From NCBI RefSeq assembly GCF_001186125.1, contig NW_014040369.1, forward strand, positions 1 through 44,082: 44,082 nt of DNA, in the 5' to 3' direction. Every line of letters starts with the position of its first letter. Positions within the stretch are counted from its first letter, which is position 1. Source of the stretch: Sphaeroforma arctica JP610 (lineage: Eukaryota). The notes under the pieces were generated by a model. That model searched no databases, was not told the DNA's origin, and saw nothing but the letters and a program-made list of their open reading frames with translations. Shown here piece after piece: positions 1-11,577 of the stretch. The translations under genes were made by a program, and so were the position numbers.

Positions 1-18
1 TGTGTGTGTGTGTGTGTG

Positions 19-84
<66 letters not shown>

Positions 85-85
85 T

Positions 86-130
<45 letters not shown>
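1..130. repeat. (TG)n/(TA)n compound microsatellite
   Basis: Directly visible dinucleotide runs; probably intronic to the - strand gene. Confidence 0.95.
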
Positions 131-132
<2 letters not shown>

Positions 133-147
133 TAGCTCCTCGTTTAC

Positions 148-252
148 CTTTTTGTCACCATTCTCTATTTTATCATGGTGACCCTCTTGCATCAACGCCT
201 TCTTCAATTCTTTCGTGTTCAGTTTCGGCTTATCACTCGAAGTGGGCGACAT
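148..252 (-). CDS. Probable first coding exon of an unidentified gene running off the left edge (MSPTSSDKPKLNTKELKKALMQEGHHDKIENGDKK)
   Basis: On the - strand: ATG at 252-250, 35 hydrophilic codons, then AAG|GTAAAC donor followed by microsatellite. The frame is open further upstream, so the exon could start earlier. Product unknown. Confidence 0.5.
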
Positions 253-1379
253 TTTTCGATCTGCTGACTTCCAATCTAAACTGCGTTCAGTGTTTTTATC
301 TTGATGAATGCCATTTACATCAGAAGTGTCTTCCTTTGCAGGAGTGCTATTGTATTTGGATATTTCACGCCTCTCTAGTAGTAGTATTGGACTGTTGACC
401 CGTCTCGTCTCGACTCTCGAGTCCAATATTGGTTTTGATGAGTATATTGTACAGTGTATTGACAGTGCGTTATTCCCTCACTTCCTTCTTGTTTTGTTTG
501 ACTTTATTTTGTAAAAAAAACATTTTAGGATTTTATTTTATTTTTGTTTTTTTGTTTTTGTTTTGTTTGTTTTTTGATTCTCTCTATTTTTTGAAACAAA
601 ACAAAAGACAAAGCAAAACAAAAAGAGCATGTAAATATTTATCCCAGGTTTTTAGATTTTTTATGACTGCCCCTCACCCTGTCTGACCTGTCTATCAGTC
701 TCACAGTCTGACACAGACCAACAGTGAGTCAGTGACAGACAGACACTCTGACAGTGGATAAATATTTGTTGTTTTTTTCACCAACAACTTTTCATTTTAA
801 ATATTTTTTGCCTACTGTACTTCTGAAAATTCCTTCTTTTTTTTTTTTAAATGGGACACTCGTGGATTTGCAGAAAATGTCTTTCGTGTCCTATTTTTCG
901 CTGGGCTTTGGAATTTTAAAAAATTAGTTGCCGACCCGAATCAGAAATTCGGAATACTGAATTGCTGATTTACGATATTCTACTCTCTAGTCTAATAGTG
1001 TCAATAGTCAAGCTTACAATCAAGTTTTCGCTACTGACAACAATAGAATTATACTCTCATCTGACAATACGAGCGTGGCTGATATCAACACGCGACTTTT
1101 AACTTTTTGTTCTTTTTGTTTTGCTTTTAATTTTAAAAAACATTTGTCTGAAATGAGTCGTAATTTATTTTCGTCGTTTACAACTAGCTTTTATGCTACT
1201 CTATTCAGATTTAGTATCACCTGTGATGGTAATACTGTGTATGTAGAAGGAAAACCCCAATTTCCAATTTGAATCATAAATAGTTAAATACAATTTAGAA
1301 TCTTGAAATATTTTTTTGTCCTTCTTTGAGTCTCCTCTATTTATTCATGATATGTGTAAATACTTATAGTTTGGGCTTG

Positions 1380-1413
1380 AGTTTGGACTTTGGACTTTGG
1401 ACTTTGGACTTTG
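1380..1413. repeat. 7-bp tandem repeat (TTTGGAC)n, ~4-5 copies
   Basis: gtttggactttggactttggactttggactttgg. Confidence 0.85.
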
Positions 1414-2584
1414 GGCCATTGACCTTTAATATAGAGAACGAAAAAAAAATTGAGCTGCGGCAAATCTCTTTTTAGGAATATTTATTTTTGTAGGATTATG
1501 TAATTCCCAATCGCTACGAAAGCTCGAAAAGGGCCATTTGGCCCCAAATACACATATCGATATCACTGTATCAGGCTTAATTTTATCGGTTTGTGCCTAC
1601 TACAATACTCTCTCTCTCGCTCTCTCTACAGAGAGTAGAGAGAGAGTAGTCAGTAGAGTAGCCCAGAGAGACTATGTACTATGTAGACTGTAGACTGTAG
1701 AGTAATGAGTCTAGAGAGTAATAGAGAGAGAAAGACAGACTGAGTCAGAACTGTCAGAACTCAGAATCATCAGAGAGGCCACACTGACACTCTCTCGTCA
1801 CTAAATCAGTACATTATAAATTATGTACGTGTGTAATTGTTTTTTGTTTTTTCTTGGAAAAACAATACATAAATTCATAGCCTTTTATTTTTATTCTAGA
1901 CTAGTCTCTGGTGAGTCTACTCTATGGAAGTCGGCTCTGTAAATATTGTCATAAAAAAATTGAGCATATGTACTACAAATATGTAAATATGTAAATATAT
2001 GTAAATACTGTAAATACAATATACATACTACTAATAGAGGATTACTTTTGCCTAATAAGGCGTTTTTTGTGTGTGGCGGGAGTACATATTTAGAGTTTTC
2101 GGAGGAGCATGGAGTATGGGACTAAGTCTCCCTGTAGGTGGCCACGACTGAAAGTTTAATCCCCCGCCGCTACCGAAAGTCCGAAATTGAGTCCTTACCC
2201 ACAGAAAGTTAGAAACGGCAAAAATAAATACTCACAGTCCAGGCCTGGGGGCTGGGGGCCTTGATCTAGAGCGCTCTCGCGTTGGAGTGGGTTTATATTA
2301 CAGTTGTCACATGCAACTGAATGACTGTACCAACATACCCCAACAAACATATGCAAGCCAAAGTAGTGTAGCCTCTATCCGTTGTGGACGTGCACACTAC
2401 GATATAAAAGTGCTGACACGCTTGTGAACGCTAGTAAAACGGGGATTAGTCCATAGGGGTACCAAGTGATAGTAGGCGACGGATAGGTTATATGCAATGA
2501 ACGCCCGCACATTGTGTCGTACATAGACCAAATATAAATCAACACATCAGTGAAAAGTAGTCCATCAGTCAATAAGCAACTAAT

Positions 2585-5577
2585 ATGTTGAAAGGTATTA
2601 AACACAAAGGGAAAAAACGGCCACAAGTGCGCTACCACGCACTCTTCAAATACCATACAACTAAGGACAAGGTATGGTTTACGGCTTCGATTCTCCTCAC
2701 TGTGGGTGTAGGGGCGTTGTTGCCCATTTTTTGCATCTTCATAGGTGACCTGTTGCAGAGTCTGACGGATATAGTGCAGAATATTCTCAATGCTGGACTG
2801 GGAAACTCGGTTGTGGACATTCTCAGTGTGCAATGGCGCAATACAACTTTGTACGATGTGGTGTTCGACGATGAGGTGCAAGAGGGTATTAAAGGGATAG
2901 TCAACATAGTGCAGACCCGGAATCAATCCCAGGAACTTCTGGCCCAGCTACAGGCTGATTTAAACCTTCTAGTGATCAGGATGGCCATAATGGGCGGTAT
3001 CGGTCTTGTCTTGGGCACGCTACAACGGGTAAGCTCAGGCATAGCCACTCGGTCTGCAATGGAGAGGATCCGCCGACTATATATTGAGTCACTGCTTGCG
3101 CAAGACATGTCTTTCCACGACAAGCATACGGGTGGTGAACTCGTGGCCCATGCGACAGTGGACATGATCAAACTGGAGTATGCTTTCGGTACTGCGCACT
3201 CGTTTCTGTACATGATGATCGGCACGGGCATATCTGGAATCGTCGTCGGGTTTTTGTATGATGTGAAGCTGGCAGCTTTCTGCCTCATCTTTGTGCCTTT
3301 CATCATGTTGACTGGTTTGGTACTGTCCCGCATTGCGTCTGCTTCCCAGGGAAAGGCCAGTCAGGTCTACTGTCAGGCGGCAGCATGTGCGGAGGAGGCT
3401 TTGTGTTTAATTAAGACTGTGTGTTCCCTCGGCGGGCAGGAGCACGAGGTGGAGCAATACTACACACAAGTCAAAGATGTTGAGCAGAAAACTATTCTAC
3501 AGTCACTGACGTTGGGCATAGGCACTGGTGCATCCATGTGCATCCTGTACGCTTCGTGTGCGCTGATCATGTGGTTTGCCTACGGCATGGTAGACAGCGG
3601 CGAGATCACCGCGGGCGCAGCGATGACTGTGTTTTATGCGGTGATTGTATCTGCCGTCGCCTTGGGCCAGATCTTCCTACCTATCTCAGATATAGCTGCC
3701 GCGCGTGGGTGTGCGTATACCATATACAATACTATAGACCGTGTGTCGGCTATCGACTCACTGTCTGATGAGGGGATCGTGCCGGACTCTTTGCAAGGTA
3801 CTCTGGACTTCACCAATGTCAAGTTCAGGTACGTTCCAGATGGGCAAGTAATTCTGCACGACTTTTCGCTGCAGTTCCCAGCCGGCAAGACGGTCGCGTT
3901 GGCTGGTTCGTCTGGCTCTGGCAAATCCACAGCGCTGATGCTGCTGGAGCGGTTCTACGATGTGGAGGAGGGCAGAGTCGAGGTAGATGGCCACAATATT
4001 AAGGACTTGCACCTGGGTTGGCTGAGAAACCAGATAGGCTATGTGGGGCAAGAGCCGGTGCTATTCGCCGGGTCCATCGCCACCAACATTGCGCTTGGCG
4101 CTGAGATGATCGCTAATCCGGACTTCAATGCCAAACGACCAGCAGATGTGTATGCGAATCCACGCTTTGTGCGCCAGGAGGTGACGCTGGATCAGGTGAT
4201 TGCGGCTAGTTCCATGGCCAATGCACACGAGTTCATCTCCAACATGCCCGACGGCTACGACACGCTGATAGGCGAGGGCGGCGGCATGTTGAGTGGGGGT
4301 CAGAAGCAACGCATAGCCATAGCACGCGCACTACTGCGAGACCCAAGGATTCTGTTGCTGGACGAGGCCACCTCGGCCCTGGATGTGAAGAGTGAGAGTG
4401 TGGTGCAGGCTGCTATGGAGAAGGCTGCTGCCGGGCGCACGACCATTATTGTGGCACACAGACTGCGCACTATCCGCAACGCTGATGTGATCTGCTTTAT
4501 GCACCAGGGCAGGATACTGGAGACGGGCAGCCATGACGAGTTGGTGGCCAGGGGGGGGGGCTACGCTGAGTATGTGCGTATTCAAACCAAGCACTCGCCA
4601 TCTGAGGCGAACAGGGATGACGTCGATGCGACTATGCCCACAGATCCACCGGCCACTGCGCAAGCCTTGCGCTCAACAACGAGCACTGTGGATAAGGACC
4701 TGGACAAGGCTGACCCCGATATAACAGCGGGTAACCTCTACCATCTAGACAGCGATGACGAAGTGGCACTGGAGGATTCAACGGGTGCCGAACCGAAGAA
4801 AAAGCAGAAGCGCAATCAGTTCATGCAGCTGTTGAAGATGAATCGTCCGGAGATACCTACCATGTTGGTAGGCATGGTGGCGGCCGTTATCACGGGCCTG
4901 CTGTGGCCTGTCTTCGCTTACGCAATGGGTGAGATGATCTTTGTGTACATGACGCTGAACGAGGATCAGGCTCAGAAGTGGATCAAGACCTTCCTGGCCC
5001 TCGCAGGCATTGCGCTGTTCACCAATAGTATTATGTACTGGTGCTTTGGGGCGGCGAAGCAAAAGCTCACCCGCCGCCTGCGCGTGTCCACGTTCAGAAT
5101 GTTTATGAAGCAGGACATGGGCTTCTTCGACATGGAACACAACAAGGTCAGTGAGCTAACGGTCAGTCTCTCCAACGACGCCGCGGCTGTGGGGTCAGTA
5201 ATGGGTGATACAGTCATCATGACGCTGGTCATGCTCAGCACATTAGTAGCCACCTTTGTCATAGGCGTGTTTCTGTGCTGGCAGTTGGCGCTGGTGATGA
5301 TGTCGTCGTTCTTCATCTCGGGTCTTGTGTCGTATGTGGGTAGTCTGTTGGCCAATCGCATCACCAAGAAAGCCGAGAACAGTCTGGACGAAGCAACCAC
5401 CATGGCCAGTGAATACCTCCAGTCAGTGCGCACCGTCACATACCTGGGAGTGAGCACAGACATCCTGCAACGCTACCGTGACTATCTAGAAGCACCCAGA
5501 AAGTCCATGTTCAAAGCCAGCATCATCTCCGGACTTACTTTTGGCTTTGCACAGTGTGTGATCTTGTCCGTTTGGGG
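2585..5577 (+). CDS. ABCB1: ABCB/MDR (P-glycoprotein-like) full transporter, exon 1 (TMD1-NBD1-linker-most of TMD2)
   Basis: ATG at 2585 with an in-frame TAA at 2573. Hydrophobic helices, Walker A GSSGSGKST, Q-loop VGQEPVLF, signature LSGGQKQRIAIARA, Walker B ILLLDEATSALD, H-loop VAHRL. Donor GG|GTATGT at 5577/5578 (phase 2); the ORF tail 5578-5857 is intron read-through. The symbol denotes subfamily, not proven orthology. Confidence 0.95.
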
Positions 5578-5907
5578 GTATGTAGTTTTGTTGTCGTTCA
5601 GTTTAATACGTGTTAACGTTATCTTGTGCTGTACGAACACTTCTGCATGTGGCTGCTGTGCCGTTCGGTTGATTTCATTTAGAAACAAATTCAATGGCTT
5701 ACGTACGATATACTCGATGTCTTTCGTACGTGCGTTGGGATCCCAATACTGTCCCGTTATCTTCGCCTTCCATGGGAAAATGTTGTTGCAAGAACTGCAC
5801 ATTCTATTATTTACCTATATATGTATATCCATTTATTTAGGAATACGATGTGTGTGAGCAGATCCGTTTACGTTTGTATACACACAACTGCGCCAGCCAT
5901 CCAGCGT

Positions 5908-6200
5908 ATACGTTCTAAACTAGTATTCAAATTTGATGCTGTTACATACAGTTGTCTGTATATATTTGTGAGTGTGTGTGTCCACGTTTTAACTGGTATT
6001 CAAATTTGATGCTGTTATACAGTTGTCTGTATACCTTTGGATGTGTGTGTCTACGTTTTAACTAGTATTGAAATTTGATGCCTTTAGATAGTTATTTCTA
6101 TATAGTGAGGTGTGCGTCCACGTTTTAAACTAGTGTTGAAATTTGATGCCGTTAGATAGTTATTTGTGTGCGTCCACGTTTTAACTAGTATTGAAGCTTA
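5908..6200. repeat. Degenerate ~55-75 bp tandem repeat in the ABCB intron, ~5 copies
   Basis: Recurring core acgttttaactagtattgaaatttgatgc. Confidence 0.85.
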
Positions 6201-6544
6201 ATGTTGTTATATAGTTAATTTGTACGTACAGTCTTCACCTGAATATGTAGCCACGCATATCATATGTGTGTGGATGGAAGAATGGAGTTTGGATGTTCGG
6301 GTATACAGTTTTGTGCATGCAGGGCAGTAAATCACAGTGTAAACTAAGTTTCTTTTCTCGATAAAATTTTCGCTGTAAAATTTGTAAACATTCGTCAAGT
6401 GATTTGCACAACTATTAACCCACTCCTTCGCATAGACAGAGCGTTCTTCATATATATCACTTGCCATATGTTTGTGTCTACACCTAGACACCCTTTCATA
6501 TTCACCGCCAAGCCTCTCCATTGCACCCGTATCACGGTGCACAG

Positions 6545-7649
6545 TTTCTCCTTCTGGTTCGGTGTGGAGATGGTGACTACCACGGGTGGTACTACGCAGG
6601 AGTGCACCATGAAAGAGGCCATCACAACCTTTGCCGCCGTTGTCTTCGGTGGCCTGGGAATGATCTCCTCCTTAGCCTTGGCGCCCGATGTGAATGCCGC
6701 AAGGACTGGTGCCGCACGGCTGTTTATGTACAGAGATCAGCAGCCGACCACAGACACCGGCACAGACGAGGGCGTCCACTTTGCCAACCCGGCTCTACTA
6801 GGACAGCCGCTCAGCGGGAAAGCGGGGCAGATGGAGTCCAGTTCGGTTGGACTGGTGGAGAAGACATCGACCACGGCCCTTGGCCTGACCAAGTGCATTC
6901 CGGTGGAAGGTGACGTGGCGTTTCATCACATCGCCTTTACCTACCCCGCGCGACCACGACATCCTGTGCTGACTGACTTTAGCGTTGACGTGGGTCGAGG
7001 GCAGACGCTGGCCCTGGTCGGTGAGAGCGGGTGCGGCAAATCGAGTTGTCTGGGGCTGTTGGAGCGGTTCTATACTGCCGCAAAGGGACAGATAACTGTG
7101 GACGGGATCCCGGTGGAGGATGTGAATGTGAAGAGTCTGAGACGAACCATTGGCATGGTGGGCCAAGAACCACACCTGTTCACGGGCACGATCCGAGAGA
7201 ACATGCTGTATGGCTTAAGTGCCGAGGAGAAGGCTGAGCTCACCGACGACTCTCTCTGGCGGGCCATTGACGATGCGAGTGCGAGAGAGTTTGTGGAGTT
7301 GTTGGGGGAGAAGCTGGACACACACATAGGCGTCAGGGGTTCTCGGCTCTCTGGTGGGCAGAAGCAGCGCATAGCCATTGCACGCACCCTCCTGCGAGAC
7401 CCGCAGATTGTGTTGCTGGACGAGGCCACAAGCGCTCTGGACGCACAGAGCGAGTCTGCGGTACAGGCAGCCCTGGATAAGATGAGCGCTACACGAACTA
7501 CCATCACTGTGGCACACCGACTGGCGACCGTCAGAAACGCCGACATCATTGCGGTCGTGGCTGAGGGGGTGATTAAGGAATCGGGCACGCACGAAGAGCT
7601 GATGGCCATTCCGGGGGGTAGATATAAAGCGATGATGAAGCTGCAGTGA
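6545..7649 (+). CDS. ABCB1: ABCB/MDR transporter exon 2 (end of TMD2 + NBD2)
   Basis: Acceptor gcacag|T at 6544/6545 joins in frame (VWG-FSFWFG). Contains GESGCGKSS, VGQEPHLF, LSGGQKQ, IVLLDEATSALD and VAHRL; stop TGA ends at 7649. Spliced product 1365 aa. Confidence 0.95.
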
Positions 7650-9011
7650 TTACGGATGCGCATTCGAACGAGCAACATCGCAGTTTTGGAGGTACTTTGT
7701 TGTATGATTAGGTGCGTATTGTGCACAAATTGGTAGAAGAACATGCCAGAATTTGATATAAAATTGAACCTAAACACGCTCCATTGCTCTTTGATTGTAT
7801 TGATCCCACCGTGGCGTTGTTTTAAGAGTTGCAATGCAAGATTTGGAAAGTGGGAGTTTTCGTCCTGATCATTCTTTGCTCGAACGGTTCACAACCACAC
7901 ACAAGTACCCTGTAGGTACACTCGACGTGCAGTACCCCATGCACCCCGTGAGCAGCCAGCCACCTGGACAACTGTGCGTCGGGTTGTGCTATTCGGAAGT
8001 GTGCGATGCTTGTCTCCCCAGCCCAGAGTATGGTTCAGGGCAAGCAGCCGAGTGGACGTCCCCATACGGTTCCAACATTCGGGGTTTGCACTGTGGCCCG
8101 TTGTTGCCAGTGGTTTTGGGGTGTGGTGTATGACTGTCGTGTGAATGACTAGCAGCGTGTGTTGCACGCTTTCATCGAACGGAAGCTTGGCAGTCTGCAG
8201 GGCTCTCAGACACACCACACCGCAACTGAGAGCCAAGCACGCTGAGAAAGCCGCACTTCTGGGGAGGGCCTACATGTACACGTTGGCGCTCGATTGTTCC
8301 TTGTCGCAGACGGTTGTTTATTGGACCGTTGCATATGTGGGCTTAAGCAGTGGCCTGAATGGACTTGCTGGATCACCAAACGTTCAGACCCCAAGCTATG
8401 CCTCCACCATTCAATGCTTTCTCCGACCGACCAATTGCTGTTGGTGGTCTGAGGGACCGCAGGGCACTGGCGCGTCAGAGCGAGTCAACACAGGATTTCT
8501 CAAAGGATATCTCCTCTGAGCGCAACCATGGGTACGTTTCACGTTGTATTCGATGGTAGACCATCAACAGCGGGAAACGTGTGACTGTACGTGGAGTGGA
8601 TCGAGCACAGGCACGACGGCGATCATTACTGACAAGTTGTGCTAGTGGTGTTGCTGTGCCACGTGTGGTCAGGGAAGACCAACCATCCGAGCTATTCGTT
8701 TCATCAGTTGTAAGCTAGTGCTTAGCAGCAGTTGAGAGCATTCCAGAGAGCCATACCTGTAACGTGTGGGGACGATACATGAGCCGTATCCCACAAGTAC
8801 CCTCAATTGACACTGCATCAGTACAACTCAGAGTGATAGCAGGTTATTGCACTCTCGCGAGGTCTTGTTAACGTCTGTGTACGATCCCAACGACAGCTTA
8901 GATCGACACTCGCCGTTCGGTAGTGCTGTAAGCTCTTCTGTTTTGATTTCGCGTTGTGTAAGTACATCAGATCAAACTAATCAATCTGCGCTTCAAATCT
9001 GCGCTTTACAA

Positions 9012-9923
9012 AATATGTGCCGTAGTACTGAATGAAAGCGAGTGACAGCATCAGTTGTTTGTTGTACATTGTAATGTTGATGTATAAGTTTGATGTATAT
9101 GTGCCGTTGTACTAAATGAAGGCGAGTGACAGCATCAGTTGTTCGTTGTACATTCTAATGTTGATGTATAAGTGTGATGTATATGTGCCGTTGTACTGAA
9201 CGAAAGCGAGTGACAGCATCAGTTGTGCGTTGTGGATTGTATTGTTGATGTATAAGTGCGATGTATATGTGTCGTTGCACTAAATGAAGGCGAGTGACAG
9301 CATCGGTTGTTCGTTGTAAATTGTAATGGTGGTGTATAAGTGTGATATATATGTGCCGTGGTACTAAACAAAGGCGAGTGACAGCATGACACATGTTGTA
9401 GATTGTAATGTTAATGTATATGTGCCGTTGTACTAAACGAAGGCGAAAGCCAGCCGCGTTCTCCAATCACACGAGTCTCATGGAGAACGGGCATCAGTTG
9501 TTCGTTGTGGATTCTAATGTTAATGTATAAGTGTGATGTATATGTGCCGTTGTACTGAACGAAAGCGAGTGACAGCATCAGTTATGCGTTGTGAATTGTA
9601 TTGTTGATGTATATGTGCCGTTGTACTGAACGAAAGCGAGTGACAGCATCAGTTATGCGTTGTGAATTGTATTGTTGATGTATAAGTGTGAAGTATATGT
9701 GCCGGTACACTAAATGAAGGCGAGTGATAGCATCAGTTGTTCGTTGTATATTGTAATGGTGATGTATAAGTGTGATATATTTGTGCCGTGGTACTAAACA
9801 AAGGCGAGTGACAGCATGACACATGTTGTAGATTGTAATGTTAATGTATATGTGCCGTTGTACTAAACGAAGGTGAAAGCCAGCCGCGTTCTCCGATCAC
9901 ACGAGCCTCATGGAGAACGGGCA
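9012..9923. repeat. 84-bp minisatellite with a 430-bp higher-order duplication
   Basis: gcgagtgacagcat at 9038, 9122, 9206, 9290, 9374; the terminal module at ~9442-9493 recurs at ~9872-9923. Confidence 0.95.
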
Positions 9924-10017
9924 CAACACATATTTGCTTATGACCAGAGCCATGCCTGACAGAGACCGTAAACATTTTACAGATGACAGCAGCACAGTTC
10001 AATAATATGTACTATTA

Positions 10018-10915
10018 CTACCTTAAATGTGAGACATCGAACCTTGAAAACAAGGCATTAGACCTAAAATATGGGACATTGAACCTTAAAAACGAGACAT
10101 GAAACCTTATAAAATACGCGACATTGATACTTGAAAACGAGACATAAAAAGTTAAATAGGAGACATTGAACCTTAAATAAGAGACATTAAAGCTTGAGTA
10201 CAAGACATTGAACAATAAGTATGAGACATTAAATGTTAAATACGAAACATTAAACATCAAGAACGGGACATTAAACCTTAAGTGCAAAACATAAAAAATA
10301 ACGAACGAGACATTGAACCTTAAATAAGAGACATTAAAGCTTGAGTACGAGACATTGAACCTTAAAACGGATCATTACAAATCCAAGAACGAAACATTGA
10401 ACCTTATATACGGGACATTGAAGCTTAAGTGCGAAATATTGAACAACAAATACGAGATATTGAACCTTAAAACGGAACATTACACATCCAAGTACGAAAC
10501 ATTGAACCTTATATACGGGACATTGAAGCTTTAGTGCGAAATATTGAACAACAAATACGAGATATTGAACCTTAAAACGAAACATTAACCATCAAGTACG
10601 AGACATTGAACCTTATATAAGGGACATTAAAGCTTAAGTGCGAAACATTGAACAATAAATACGAGATATTGAACCTTAAAACGAAACATTAACCATCAAG
10701 TACGAGACATTGAACTTTAAATAAGTGATATTAAAGCTTTAGTATGAGACATTGAACCTGAACTATGGGACCTTGAACCTCAAAAACAAGATTATGAACC
10801 TTCGAAGCATTGAACTTTAAATACGATACATTAAGCAACAAATGCGAGATATTAAACCTTAAAAACGAGGCATTAAACCTATACGGGACATTGAACCTTT
10901 GATACGAGAAATCTA
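10018..10915 (+). repeat. 21-bp minisatellite (GAGACATTGAACCTTAAATAC), ~40 copies, with a 105-bp higher-order unit; reads as ETLNLKY heptads
   Basis: Unit visible throughout; higher-order copies start at 10391, 10496, 10600; stops and indels break the frame. Confidence 0.9.
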
Positions 10916-11577
10916 AGGTTGTGAATGGCCACCGGGACCTTCCACAGGTACCGGGAGATCTGTTACAGTATGACCTCGGCGGTTCACTGGGTTCGATGTG
11001 ATATACTGTGTTGGAGTGTATGATGTGCTCTCCACTCAGAAACACATCTTCAACACGTTACAGGAATCTCTCAGGACGTTCGTGTGTGACGGCGATCAGG
11101 CTCAGAGCATCGCAACCGGCAACCGATTCCGCTTCATCGATCTGAAAGGGCTCATCCACACCGTGGTCGGAGAACCAGGGAGTATGCAGGAGATGCACTT
11201 GAGTACAGAATACCGGTTGAGGAAATCGATCCTGCAGTTTGGTCAATGCCTTTGTGCGCGTGTTGCAGTACTTCTTCCTAACTGAAATTGACTCCACGCG
11301 TTAAAAAATAATATACTCACTGTCATGTGCCCTGTTTCTGTTTTCAAAGCCCTGTCTATGAGAATCTATTCTTAGAGACCGTATCGTTTCTTTGGACCGT
11401 ATTCCCTGCATGTGCAGATATTGCTAGAGATGATTTCTATGACAAACACTCCTATTTGCGCGTTGGTTGCTCGCATCTGTGTCGTTCTATTAGTTTATAC
11501 TTACCATCGTTAATCAGCCTGTTGATTTCCTTGTCCACATTTACTTTCGCTCTCGTTACCCCAGTTCTCCACACGGC

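Noticed and set aside
2070..2230. Possible structured ncRNA upstream of ABCB (ggcggg...cccgcc)
   Set aside because: Only a short complementary pair; no tRNA, snRNA or snoRNA motifs recognised.
5578..6544. Two separate ABC genes, as the ORF track suggests
   Set aside because: A GT-AG intron joins them in frame into one TMD-NBD-TMD-NBD protein; the ORF extensions are intronic.
2375..7834. Multiple - strand ORFs overlapping the ABCB gene
   Set aside because: Antisense shadows of a GC-rich coding frame with no recognisable products.
9012..9923. Hammerhead ribozyme in the 84-bp satellite
   Set aside because: Partial look-alikes (ctgatg on -, ggcgaaagcc on +) exist, but no CUGANGA...GAAA...UH core with three stems could be assembled.
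10018..10585. - strand RFNVSYL / FKVQ repeat ORFs
   Set aside because: Antisense reading of the 21-bp array; the + frame heptad reading fits better and neither is intact.
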